A stretch of DNA of 64,000 nucleotides from Gonapodya sp. JEL0774 (Eukaryota), in contig JADIIX010000035.1 in the NCBI GenBank assembly GCA_027604505.1, forward strand, positions 62,001 to 126,000, in the 5' to 3' direction. The position numbers and the translations under genes were made by a program. Each line of letters starts with the position of its first letter. Position 1 is the stretch's first letter. Below are positions 25,670-37,106 of this stretch, piece by piece. The notes beneath the pieces were generated by a model that saw only the letters and a program-made list of their open reading frames with translations, did no database searches and had not been told where the DNA came from.

Positions 25670-26254
25670 CTGGCGACTCACAGTTGGGGATTCTGCGTGG
25701 GGCCAACCGCGTGTCCAGGAAATGATCCGGGCGAGGACAGGCCACAGCCATTTTCGCACACTTACCGTGGAGCAAAAGCAAGGAATAAACCCCCAGTAAA
25801 AGACAATGGACGGACAGAAATTTCAAGCTCGGTCTGTTATTCCTCATTATATCAACAAGTGAGACCCCACGGAGAACTACTCCCTCTCGCCCGCATTCGT
25901 GCACTCTCCACAACAAACACGTCCCATCCTTCTTTCACCTCTCTTGTATTTGTCCCCCCGCTCCGCTTGTCCATGTCTTCGTTGCGAGACCACCTTCTAA
26001 CCAACCACTGGCGTGTCCACCTTGTCCAACGTAAGAGTATCGGTGGCACATATATGGACACTCGGAATGGGGTCACCAGGCTAGACGTGGGCGCTGCAAC
26101 ATCGGGGGGGGGGGGGGGGTACAGGTAGGATGACTGTAGAGTGCTTGGTTCATGGGGGTAGCCATCTACGGGAGGGAAATTGAAATTGAGGCGAGAGTCG
26201 CGACGGAGGAAGGACGGTACTGGATCGAGTGGCAGCTTAGATGTTGGTGGGATG

Positions 26255-26620
26255 TCAATGGTTTCGCTGACGTGGGAAAGGGGAAATGCACCAGATGCAT
26301 TCTGCGAATGTTAAGTCCCTGAGACTAGAACACAGTGTGGGAAGCACAATGTTGGGAGAGTTTGAGAGGTTCGGATCTGCACCCCCGCCGAGCAGTTCTT
26401 CCACAATCGTGTGGTATCCACGAATGATTGCGATCGCCAGTGCCGATTCGCAATCAGCAGTGTCGCTGAGCGCTTCGCCAGTTCTGCCCACTTTCCCCGG
26501 TATTGTAACCCGTTTCCTCGCATTCGCATTTGCGCCGTCGGCCAATACCTGCCATACACGTGGAGCGTTCATGTATAACTCCACGGCCTCGATCAGCTGG
26601 CCGTCAAGATCACCCGACAT
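26255..26620 (-). CDS. Ankyrin-repeat protein (partial or possibly degenerate)
   Basis: LIEAVE..VWQVLADGANANARK and SALAIAIIRGYHTIVEELLGGGADPN are ankyrin-like. Downstream exons could not be resolved. Confidence 0.5.
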   Translation of the reverse strand: MSGDLDGQLIEAVELYMNAPRVWQVLADGANANARKRVTIPGKVGRTGEALSDTADCESALAIAIIRGYHTIVEELLGGGADPNLSNSPNIVLPTLCSSLRDLTFAECIWCISPFPRQRNH

Positions 26621-26972
26621 TATCGCAATTTGTGCTGATTTCAGGAAACCAACCAAAGGTGAGATAACACCTTTATTGCACGTGACTTGCAACATAATGG
26701 GCACAATGCCTTTCAGCAATAGAGGGTTATCCGTATGTAAAAAATAAATTTTGTTCACCATGAAGTCACTCCGGAGAGAAAAGTGAGCGCTGTTGCAAGA
26801 CTTTTTCTTTCCCTGAGATTCCTGGCAAAAGAAACTCGGAGTGGACACGAAGCCAGGAAGCCAGGTCCGTTTTGGGGGAAGTGACTACGGCCCACCGACG
26901 AGGTGATGCTCCCAAACAATAAATATTTGAACTACCGCGGTTCTATTTGTATTACCACCGACCGTTCCCAAA

Positions 26973-29232
26973 TCAATTCTCGTCCACCCATTCCCGCCAC
27001 TCCAGCGCCCGTTTCCGCATATCCCCATACACCTTCCTCTTCCTCCGATGGTACTGCCTCAGACCCTCGTCTGTCGTCGGTTCAACAACTTGGGCGGGTG
27101 TGCGCGCCCCGGTGAGGCGGAGGATAGTCTCGGAGAGAGGTATGGATTGGAGCGATGAGTTGATAGACGAGGTGGAGACGTGGTGGGCGTGGGCGCCGAG
27201 CACCGCTGCTCCGAGGAGCGACGCGGATTCGGGGTTGCGGGGGATGAGAACACGACGTCCTGAGAAAGCGAATCGTCGATGGACGGGACAGGGACCGAGA
27301 AAGTTGTATGTGGTGGAGTGGCGTTCGGCACAGTTGTGAAGAAGCGACATTACACCACATTGGAATGGGAAACGAAAGTACATCCACAAACTCACCCAAC
27401 ACATCCGCGACAGTCTGCACCCACACTTCATTCCCCGCCAATCCTCCACACATCACCACCTCGTCCACCGCATGGCCCCCGTCACCGTCCCTCCCCGTGC
27501 CCGCGACCACCGCCTCGACCACCTCCGCCACACCATACGCCAGGCCTTGCATGGTTGCCAAATATAGTACGGCGAGATGTTTGACCGAGTCCGCAGGGTG
27601 CAGTGGGATGCCCGAGACGGTGCCGAGGGCGTGTGGGTGCGGATAAGGGGAGCGGTTGCCGTGGAAGTCGGGGAGAACATGGAGGTGGCGAGTGAGGAGG
27701 TGGAAAGACGGACGAGAGTCAGGAGAGGTGAGGGTGGGGAGGAGGGAGTTGAGGTAGGATGGGACGGAGAGGTGGAATTTGGTGGCAATCGCCTGCGCGG
27801 CCGAGTACGCTGAATGGGTTGTGAGGACGTGGTCGATCTGGAGGAACCCAGATCCAACACGGAGGTCGAATTTTCAACCAACTATTTTCGCCCGAGTCGA
27901 AAACGACTCCGAGAAAAGCTAGGCACCAACACCTGTGCACCAGTCGTCACTCACCGCAGACCCCACCGCACCCTGACCTCCTTCGCTCAACCACCACCCC
28001 CGATCTCCCAACCTCCCTTCATACGGCCCCCACACCCCGTGCACATCCACGGCCCTGCGGGCGGCGATGTAGTGGCACGCCGAGGTCCCACACGTGCTCA
28101 CCATTCGTCGTGAGAGACTGCGCAAGGCCGAATTCGAGCGCCCACCAGATCCACCGAGCGCCACGGCGACAGACCCGGCCCACCCGGCGTGGGCGTCAAT
28201 GAGGGCCATACCGACGGGTGTTCCTGGTGCGAGGCCGAGGTCTACCGCAGCACGGGGTGAGAGGCCACCCGGTACGGGGTGGCCTGGAGGTAGTATGACG
28301 GGTTTAGCACCACCAAGCAGCGAATAGTCTGAGTCGGGTCCGAGCTTGGTGTAACCCGTTGAGGTCCACAGGTCTGGCGTGTGTCTGTACTGTTCTAGGT
28401 CACAGTCATCCTTCCCGCTCCCCGTCCGCTCGCACACGCACGAGGAGAAGAAAGAGCATGCGGAGCGTGCGGTGGAGTCTGTGGCACGCCAGCAGAGCCA
28501 TTCGGGGAGTTCGACGGCGTGGGCGATGCGGGAGAAGTGCTGGGGAGGGAGGTTGGAGAGGAGCCAGGCGAGTTTGGGTAGAGGGTGTTCCGGGTCCAGG
28601 GAGCCGCCGAGAGGAGGAAGGAGGGACGGGTAGGTGGATGCGATGTGAGCAGCCTAGGCACGCGTATCGTTCCGTTGTGTGAATTCCTACACCCAGAGAT
28701 AAAGGCAACCGCAGGACTGGCTCACCTCCTTGGTCGCCCTGTGGTCCATCCACAGCACCACGTTCTGTTCATCGGGATCCCCATCCCGTACCGCTACTGG
28801 CTGCATATTCGCGTCCAACACGGCCATTGAGCACGTCGCATCGAACCCGACACCCTTTACGGATGAGGGGTTTGCACCTGATGTGGCGAGCGCATCACGG
28901 ACTGCAGCGCAGGTTTGAGTCCAGATGTTGGAGGTGGATTGGTGGTAGAAGTCGGGGGCGGGGTTCCATATTCGGATCGGGTGGGACGTCGAGGAGAGAA
29001 TCCTTCGTTCCCAACGATGAACATGGACAGGAGATACAAATGGAAAGGGCGTCACGAGAAAGTCGCAGCACAAACAAGATGAAGTAAGATTTTACATTTG
29101 GGACGAGTTTCGAGACCGAATCACGCAAACTCACTCTCCCGTGTTCCCGTCCACGATACATGCCCGCACACTCTGTGTCCCCACATCGACTCCGATATAC
29201 AAATCGGGCGAATCTCCCCCGATTCGCAGCAT
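26973..29232 (-). CDS. FGGY-family carbohydrate kinase (D-ribulokinase-like, multi-exon)
   Basis: YIGVDVGTQSVRA; GVGFDATCSM; NVVLWMDHRA; ALIDAHAG; CGTSACH; HGVWGPY; EGGQGA; PDFHGNRSP; CGGLAGNEVWVQTVAD; ASLLGAAVLGA. Confidence 0.9.
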
Positions 29233-30096
29233 CGGCGATTAAGACGGGTCAAGGAATATAGAACCGGGTCCGGGCCGTTATTGCCTTAGCGGTGTTCGAT
29301 CATTTGAGGAATTGTCCGAGCCGTTTTAGAAAAGCAAATGACCGTCACTTGAGAATCCGCGTGGAATAGTTTGGGATGAAACCATCAGATTTCTGGTTCT
29401 TGGGAGGGATCCGTTCTAAGCTTATAATTGTTGGATAGTCTATTTCCTAGAAAGTGACAGTCTCGGAACCTATTCTGCGACCCTTCTGTCAAATAGAACA
29501 TTCAATTGGTTTACAGAGTGTTTATGCTGTGCGCAGGACAGTAAGGTCGGAAGCGTGGTTTCACACATCGTTCACTATTCGCCGCACCAGGATGACGTGA
29601 ATGTGGTCCCAGATAAAGAACTCACCCACGTTTGTTGTTCTAGCTATGGTGTCACATTGGAGACAAAGCGGATTTTAAGGGGTTGATAATGCTGGATGGG
29701 CGGGTTCCTGGTTCTCGAACATCTTGTCGGCACATTGCACGCCTCAACACTTATACACATGCATTGAACTCTTGTTGGTGCGAATTGATTCACGCATCTT
29801 ACTTTTGGCGGATTCACGACACCAGAATGAGAGTGATTCTGTGTCCGACGGACTGTCAACATGTTTGCTTGTAATTCCTCGGTGGTCGCGCACTAGCTTA
29901 GATAATGCGCCGTAGCTTGCGTGCATTGTGTTAAAGACATTGGTTGCGTTGTGCTTACTCAAATGTGATTATTAATTTATGATGGTGCCAAATTTGATTC
30001 TCCGACTCAGCAAGGAAGTCGTGTCCCCCACAACCTGAAGTCAAGCCCCCTCATACATAAACCCAACTCTCCACAGACTTCGCAAGAACTTCTACA

Positions 30097-31889
30097 ATGA
30101 CTGTCCCAGACTTCGTCGCGCCCGCTTCTTGGACTGAAGCGTACGTTGCTCAATTCGAAGTGTTCTCCTTTCTCTGCCCTCCTTGAAGGACAAATTCGCA
30201 CTTTTCTTTGTTCCTACCAGCGAGGTAAACGCCGTAAAGGGCATGAAGGCGGGATTGAACACGGCTGATCTCTCTGTTGCTCAAATAAGGTATGTGAACG
30301 GCATTCACTCCAAATCATGTTTCGGCTTTCGGCACCAGCCGGCCCGGCCGCCTTCCATATGGATGAACATCTCCACTTCCCGTCCTTTGTCCGTCCTACA
30401 CACTGAGTAGAGAACTTCAAAATTCTGCACCTACCTATCCCACTCCGGATAACGTGGAAATCACCCAAGTCTCGATATCTCGCACTCCTGTCGCAGGCCT
30501 CGAGGAAGATGCATCTGGAGACTTTCCCGCGGAGTGGATCGAGAAGAAAGGTCTCCCATCAGACGCCCCGGTGCTCATTTACTATCACGGAGGGTAAGTG
30601 ACTGCGAAAAATCCCCCTGTAGACATACGTTACAATATCACCCTCAATTCACCAGCGGCTACTGCATCATGTCCCCTCTCACTCACCGCTCTATCACCGT
30701 CAATATTGCCCTTGAGGACATCCGCGTTCTCTCTGTTGACTACCGCATGGGACCCGAGCACCCGTATCCCGCCGCTGTTGTGGATGCCGTGAACGCTGTC
30801 AGGTTTGTCCTCGCGAGTGGTGTTCCAGCCTCCAAAATTGTTCTTTCGGGAGATTCAGGTGCGTCAGATGTTAATCGTCGCGGCGTGCTTTGTCCAACGG
30901 CTCGAGGAAAATCTAATGTTATCGTTCTGCACTTGACAGCCGGCGGTGGCTTGACAATCGCTACTGCTCTCTACCTCCGCGACCAAGACGTCATCCCCCA
31001 AGTTGCCGGCACCGTTGCGATCTCACCGGTAAGTTCCAGTTGTCGTTCACTGGTCCCCTCATCTAACCTCAACCCACTTTATTTATCTAACCCCAATCCG
31101 GGGTGATTACTCACAATAATTTTACAATAATCCTTTTGAAGTGGGTTGATCTTTCCGGAAACTCACCAACAATTGCACTTGGGGAAGAATTCCTGGCCGA
31201 TATCATTGGCCAGGGCCGGGATTCCACCAAAGGCAGTGAGCAAGTCTTACTTTGGTCTGATCTGACGCCAACAGGAGTAATATTCATCCAAATTCCATGA
31301 TGATTCGTTTTACTTGCGCTCGCGAATGTGGGACAGTGGTCGACGGGTACGCCCCTGGTGAACTCTCCCTCCAACCCCTCGCATCCCCCATACATGACCG
31401 TCCCAAGTCGGATCGCCCATTGCCTCCATGCGTGGCGTCCTTGGCCACTGTCGATAGGCTGTTTGGGGAAGACATCGTTTTCACAACCAAGAGAATTGAG
31501 GCCGGGGAGATCTTGCAAGTTGATGTGTACCAGGAGCAACTCCATGTAGGTTTGCATGATTTCAAAATGCTCTTTGCATGCCATGCCGGTTACTGCAGAT
31601 CCTCACTGATCTCTCATGGATTCCTCAGGTCTTTCAGTTCTTCCCCTTCCTTGCTCAAACCGCCACCTTCCACAAACGTACGCGCGACTTCGTCCACACA
31701 ATTACTTCTGGGGGTTCTGTGTCCACCAGTGTGAACTGGGTCGACGCGACCGGAGCAGTTTCACCCATCGCAGATGGTGTTGCGGATCTGAAGAGCAGGC
31801 TCAAGAAGTATTTGGATAGGGTGTCGGAGCAAGGACTCGCCAAGGGGAGATCGGACAAGGAACTGGAGGATTACGCGATATTTGCGTGA
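30097..31889 (+). CDS. Alpha/beta-hydrolase, HSL-like esterase/lipase, copy 1 (multi-exon)
   Basis: YYHGGGY oxyanion motif, VDYRMGPEHPYPAAVVDAV, nucleophile GDSAGGGL, ISPWVDL, and catalytic His in QLHVFQ. Confidence 0.88.
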
Positions 31890-32305
31890 AGGGAGGCGGG
31901 TCCGCTGCGGCGTTGCCGCTCTGAGATTAGATGTGTGGGGTTTATTCCTTCATCCAAAATGAGCCACCTTGCCCTTTCCGAAAGATTAACCGGTAAAAAT
32001 ACATAGCACACCACCTTCAGTCAAATTTGAATTGTTCAGAACAAATGCGAAGAGTATCCGTGAGCCTTCCTCCAACGTGAGAATACCAGAACCTGCAAGT
32101 GATGACAAAACGCGCTGCCAACGTCCAAAACTAATTAACTAAGTATAATAGTTGCTTTTCGTACCATCACGAATAGTTTTTACGGTGTTTGGGGTTGAAA
32201 GCCGGCCCGAGCGTTGCGGAGCACTTCCGCCTTCATCTTCACCCTTTACTCTGAGATGCTTCTCGCTCAGCAACTCCACGCCTTCCATTGCACCAATTTT
32301 CCACC

Positions 32306-34121
32306 ATGGCCATCTCAGATTTCGTCCCGCCCGCAACCTGGACTGAAGCGTATGTTATTCGAAGTGTTGCACTTCTCAACCTGAATTTTCGAACTATAAT
32401 GACTATCCACCATCCCCTGCGCCCCTCAGTGAAATCATGGCCGTAAAGGCTATGAAAGCGGAAATGAGCACGACGAGTCCATCAATCGCCGAAATGAGGT
32501 ATGTGTGAAACTCTCAATACATATTAGTTTGGTCAGTTCTTGGCAGTTCACCAGCAGTCCAGATGAACGGAGCTCTTATCTCTACCCCTTTAACATCCTG
32601 CTTGTTTTGATGTATCCGTTCCTTCTCTGAGTAGAGAAGTCCTTAAGGCTACACCTGTCTATCCCACCCCAGATGATGTGGAAATCACTCAAGTTTGCAT
32701 ACCACGCACTCCAGTCACCGGCCTCGAGGAGGATGCGTCTGGAAACTTTCCTGCGGAGTGGATTGAGAAAAAAGGCTCAACTAAGGATCTCCCTGTTGTT
32801 ATCTACTATCATGGAGGGTGAGCCCATGGACACACATCACCAGATTTGCATCTTCTAAGTCTAGTAACATTCACTAGTGGCTACTGCATCATGTCCCCAC
32901 TCTCTGTCCGCTCCATTACCATCAACATTGCTCTCCAAGACATCCGCGTTCTGTCGGTAGACTACCGCATGGGACCTGAGCACCCGTACCCCGCCGCTGT
33001 TGTGGATGGCGTGAACTCCATCAAGTTTGTCTTAGCGAGTGGCGTCCCGGCATCCAAGATTGTTCTCTCGGGAGATTCGGGTGCGTGAGGCATCGGTGGT
33101 TGCACCGTGCTTTGTTCCATTGTTCCTATGCCATACTTTGTTGAAACAACGGGTATTGAAATGCACAGCGGGTGGGGGTCTCACCATCGCCGCTGCTCTT
33201 TATCTTCGCGACCAAAACGTCATCCCACAAGTTGCCGGTATTGCAGCGATCTCACCGGTAAGTACGTCAGTTGGTTCCTCATCCACTCGTCGATGCGAGT
33301 TAACTCTTTCCCCCAAACTCAATTCCACACGATGACCCACAAAATTACGAAAATTACTTTGAAGTGGGTCGATCTCTCAGGCAACTCACCAACAATGTCA
33401 CTCGGAGGAGAATTTATGGTCGATCTGATTAAGCAGGGCAAGGATGGCCTAAGAACCAGTGAGCAACTTTTGGTTCCTCAGTTCTGCCTCAACACGAGTG
33501 ATCATAGCTCATAATTCTGCTCTGAATTGATTTTCTCGCTCTATTTGACTGCGTCATAGTGGCTCATGGCTATGCCCCAGGTGCGCTCTCCCTCCAACCC
33601 CTCGCATCGCCCATCCGTGACCACCCCAAGTCGGATCGCCCATTGCCTCCCTGCGTGGCGTCCTTGGCCACTGTCGATAGGCTGTTTGGGGAGGATATCG
33701 GGTTCACAATTAAGAGGATTGAGGCCGGAGAGGTATTGCAAGTTGATGTGTACCAGGAGCAATTCCATGTGGGTTTGAGTGTGATATTTAGAACTTCTTT
33801 GACCCTGCCAATTGTTGCTGATACTTAGTGCCCTCTCTACTGCATTCATCCGGAAAGTAGGTTTTCCAGGACCTGGATTTCCTCGCACAAACTGTCACGT
33901 TCCATAAACGTACCCGTGACTTTGTCAACACCGTCACTTCGGGTGGCGCCGTATCTACCAGCGTGAACTGGATCGACTCGACTGGTGCAGTCTTGCCCAT
34001 CATTGGTGGTGTTGCGGATCTCAAAAGCAGGCTCAATAAGTATTTGGAGAGAATGATGGAGGAGGAGTTGAACAGCGGGAGATCGGAACACGATATGGAG
34101 CACTATGCGATATATGTGTGA
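32306..34121 (+). CDS. Alpha/beta-hydrolase, HSL-like esterase/lipase, copy 2 (tandem duplicate)
   Basis: Same motifs and intron positions as copy 1. Long near-identical exon stretches, for example 31374-31470 versus 33590-33690. Confidence 0.88.
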
Positions 34122-34210
34122 AGAAAGAACAGTCGAGGTTCGGTCTGGATATTTTTTTCACCCAAGTTTACACCGATAGAATATCTCTTATGTACAAAAA
34201 ACAGATACTT

Positions 34211-36134
34211 TCACGCACTATCATTCTCCTTCGTTGCGTCGCTGGCCTTTATGTCTCCTATGTGCCTCGGGGGTTGCAGCGATGCCTTCACAAGATTTGG
34301 TGCGTCGAGTACCTCATCAAGTTCTGTGGTTGAAAGATGCGTCAGCCTAAAACCCTGGTGGCGAAAAAGAATCAGACTACCACCTTCAAGAGTTTGTCCT
34401 CTGGTTTCGACAAAGAAGATATAGAAATGCACAATCTCTGTCCCCCGTCGTCCCACCCTCGTGGCGCCGCACGCTCCGCCACGCGTTGCCGCTGGCGCCC
34501 AACATGACCAGGCCGGAGTGGTGCCCGACCATGCTCGTGAGGTTGTTGGAGGTGGTCAGGGATAAGTTTCCTAAGAGTAGACTGGTCATTGCGGATTTTG
34601 ATGGGTTGGAACTGAGGGGGGATGAGGGGCAGGGTGTGGAGGGATATATGGCGCCGGTGGTGCAGACCAGGTATGGGGGGGGGAATGGTGCCGCATGAGA
34701 TCCCACGCAATCTGAAGGGGTAAGTGTGTCAATTCTGAACTCATTCACCGAAACCAGACAAACTGACATAAGCAAAATAGAATCGCCATCTGATGCTTCC
34801 CATGGCAATAGGAGTTACGTAAGAAGAGTAGAAACCACAAATATTGACAAGTAAGTTGTTCAACCCCATGCCCTTGGCACAGTTCTTGTATGACAGTGGG
34901 ATGCACACAAACGGTATGGTGTCAGATACACGAAACGTCTGCGCAGGCGGATGCACTCACCAACTTCAACAGGATAGGGGACTTGCATCAACGTCCATCC
35001 AAAGCTGAATACAATTCCAAACAAGTGAATGAAAACAATAGCAATGTACGATGATGTTGTGTGGGTCGCGGTGGCAGTGACGCAAGTAGCAACAGCAAAG
35101 CCCATCACCGCGAGAGTGGTGCCCCAGACCAGAGGCGAAGCTTGCGACGCCCAATATGGTCCACAACCATGGCACCGGTCAATGCTGCCAAGAAAGAAAC
35201 AAGAGAGATGATGGCGTTGAGCAATAATTGTGTGTGCTCATCGGTGATCCCGACTTGTTTGAGCATCTGCACCAGTTCAAGACATGTTTGGAAACGGAAC
35301 AAAAATGAACAACGGACCTCTGCAGCGACAACACACAATTGGCATGAAACTCAAGCAGGACAAGTTTGTCCTTGGGTCGTCGTTGCCGTGGAAGTGTACC
35401 AAGATTTGCAGGGCTTCTTCTTGGTGACCATTGTTGATGAGCCAGCGCGGCGATTCGGGAATGAACCAGACGCACGAGATGACAATCAGCCCAACTAGGT
35501 AAGGTCATTGTCCGAAGGACAATCATCAGTGATATGTTGTCAGATGAAGAGGCAGCAACTCACACCAGAACGTGTTGTCGGGCGATTGTGCCCCAGTACG
35601 GCTGGACTAGGGAAATACAAAATTAGCGTGCAGTGAAGATCACAAAGACCACCGTATGCGAATCACATCCGACTCACAGGGTGTGCGATCTCTGTGACCC
35701 TGGATGGAGCTGCCGGACCCGAGAATAAATTGAGCCACCGTGAACTGGGCAACAGTTGTTGACATGGCTCCAATGATGATGAGTGACCTAAAGGCCATAC
35801 CTTTCCTACGCCATAGCTGTCTGCCAATGTACCAGCTGGGTGGATGCTGTGGGTCAGTCACTGACAGGCGTGGTGCTAGATGAGCTCCTAGCGTCTTCTC
35901 CTCATCAAAGAAAGCCGCCACAATAAACCCAATTGAGAAAATGAATTCGGTGAGCACACCAGTATCCGAGACACCAAAGTACTTGTGATACTGGGACATC
36001 GTGTTAATCCCGCTCATCAAGCTTCCATCGAAGCCGTAGGTAGCGGAGCTTACAAATCCGATGAGACAGAGCACGTAGAGTTTGGGAAGGTTGCCGGAGA
36101 AAGCACCACCCACAGATGTAGCTGGAGCGGACAT
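34211..36134 (-). pseudogene. MFS sugar porter of the LAC12/CDT (lactose/cellodextrin permease) type, decayed
   Basis: Family motifs ATYGFDGSLMSGINTMSQY, FIPESPRWL, VDHIGRRKL, FSFGWTLMQVPYPVE, FFVETRGQTLEELDE. Lesions: splice donor reads AT (35904-35905), frameshift near 35810, the TM7 region appears missing, and a 255-bp insertion at 34440-34694. Confidence 0.8.
34440..34694 (+). other. Inserted internal fragment of an NDUFAF7/MidA-type (yeast YKL162C-like) methyltransferase gene
   Basis: Translates as SPVVPPSWRRTLRHALPLAPNMTRPEWCPTMLVRLLEVVRDKFPKSRLVIADFDGL...MAPVVQTRYGG, matching the motif series LPFAPNL..PEYIPT...FP.HRL..SDF...APVVQTRY as I recall it for this family. Removing it restores the permease sequence IAWDL-I-EIVHFYIFFVET. 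Confidence 0.7.
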
Positions 36135-36779
36135 GGTGAGGGGACAATTAGCAGTGAGCTAAGCGGTGCTGGGTGGAATCTGAGGAATTGGTAGCAAAAG
36201 AGAGATTGATGATTCTGGAGAATCTGGTGAGGATTCCTAAAGGTTTTGGAAGTTGACGTGGAGGCAAAGGCCGGCGGAGGTACCTGGGATGACTTCGCAA
36301 TAGGGAACGGGACGCAGTGATTGTAATGTAGTGGAATTGGTGCCCCGTGTCTTATGAGTGGAAGAAATCACCTGCGCTTTACAGTTTCCGAGACCTGACA
36401 GGGGCACAGTTCATCAAAGAGGCCCCTCTCCTTGTCAGTGTCTGGGCTGGGAGGGCTGAAGACCTCAATTCTGATTGTGCTGGACGTAATCTCCACGGCA
36501 AAAGGCTTCTCAGAGCTTGAGCAAACACAAGGTTCCATCAGTTTCCATGGGTGTGTGGGAGACAACACAAAAAGGGCGTACGAAAAGCTCTGACTTGGCT
36601 CCCGATGTGATCGCAGTCTTGAGCCTGACACGGCTGCTGAGGATGGTGCACGTTTACAAGCTGCACCATCCGCGACAGCCGTATCAGGAGGCTTCCTGTA
36701 ACTCCGAAAAGTGTTATAACACAGGACAGGGAGAACACAGAGAGGGACAGAGGCCAAGAGAAAACATATCGGATAGAGA

Positions 36780-36961
36780 GTGTGATGGGAAGACAGCAAC
36801 ACCAACGCGGATCGCAGTGTGGACGGGGTTGGTTGGTCTGTGATCGATCTGCTTATGGTCCTCAGAGAGACGCCGAACGCTTCAACAAGCAACCGCGTTG
36901 GAACTTTGCCTTTTTGCCTTAATATCTTGCACGCATCAAGTCGCTGAGTGGTATATCCCAT
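36780..36961 (-). mobile_element. Possible transposase N-terminal HTH remnant
   Basis: MGYTTQRLDACKILRQKGKVPTRLLVEAFGVSLRTISRSI has an HTH recognition-helix pattern (FGVSxxTIxR). No DDE domain or TIRs found. Confidence 0.25.
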
Positions 36962-37106
36962 GTTTAGTTTCTGCTCCTTGTATTACATATAAAATGAGCA
37001 TTTGGACTGGACAAGTAAAAATTGCACGACCACACGATTGAAGAACGAACTTCGAGCTTCCCAGGCATTATTACATAACTCGGAAATAATCTCGCGGGAA
37101 TCTCGA

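Noticed and set aside
34438..34694. The permease insert read as a GC-AG intron or a Helitron
   Set aside because: GC..AG removal (257 nt) shifts the frame and the donor is non-consensus. There are no TC...CTRR Helitron termini.
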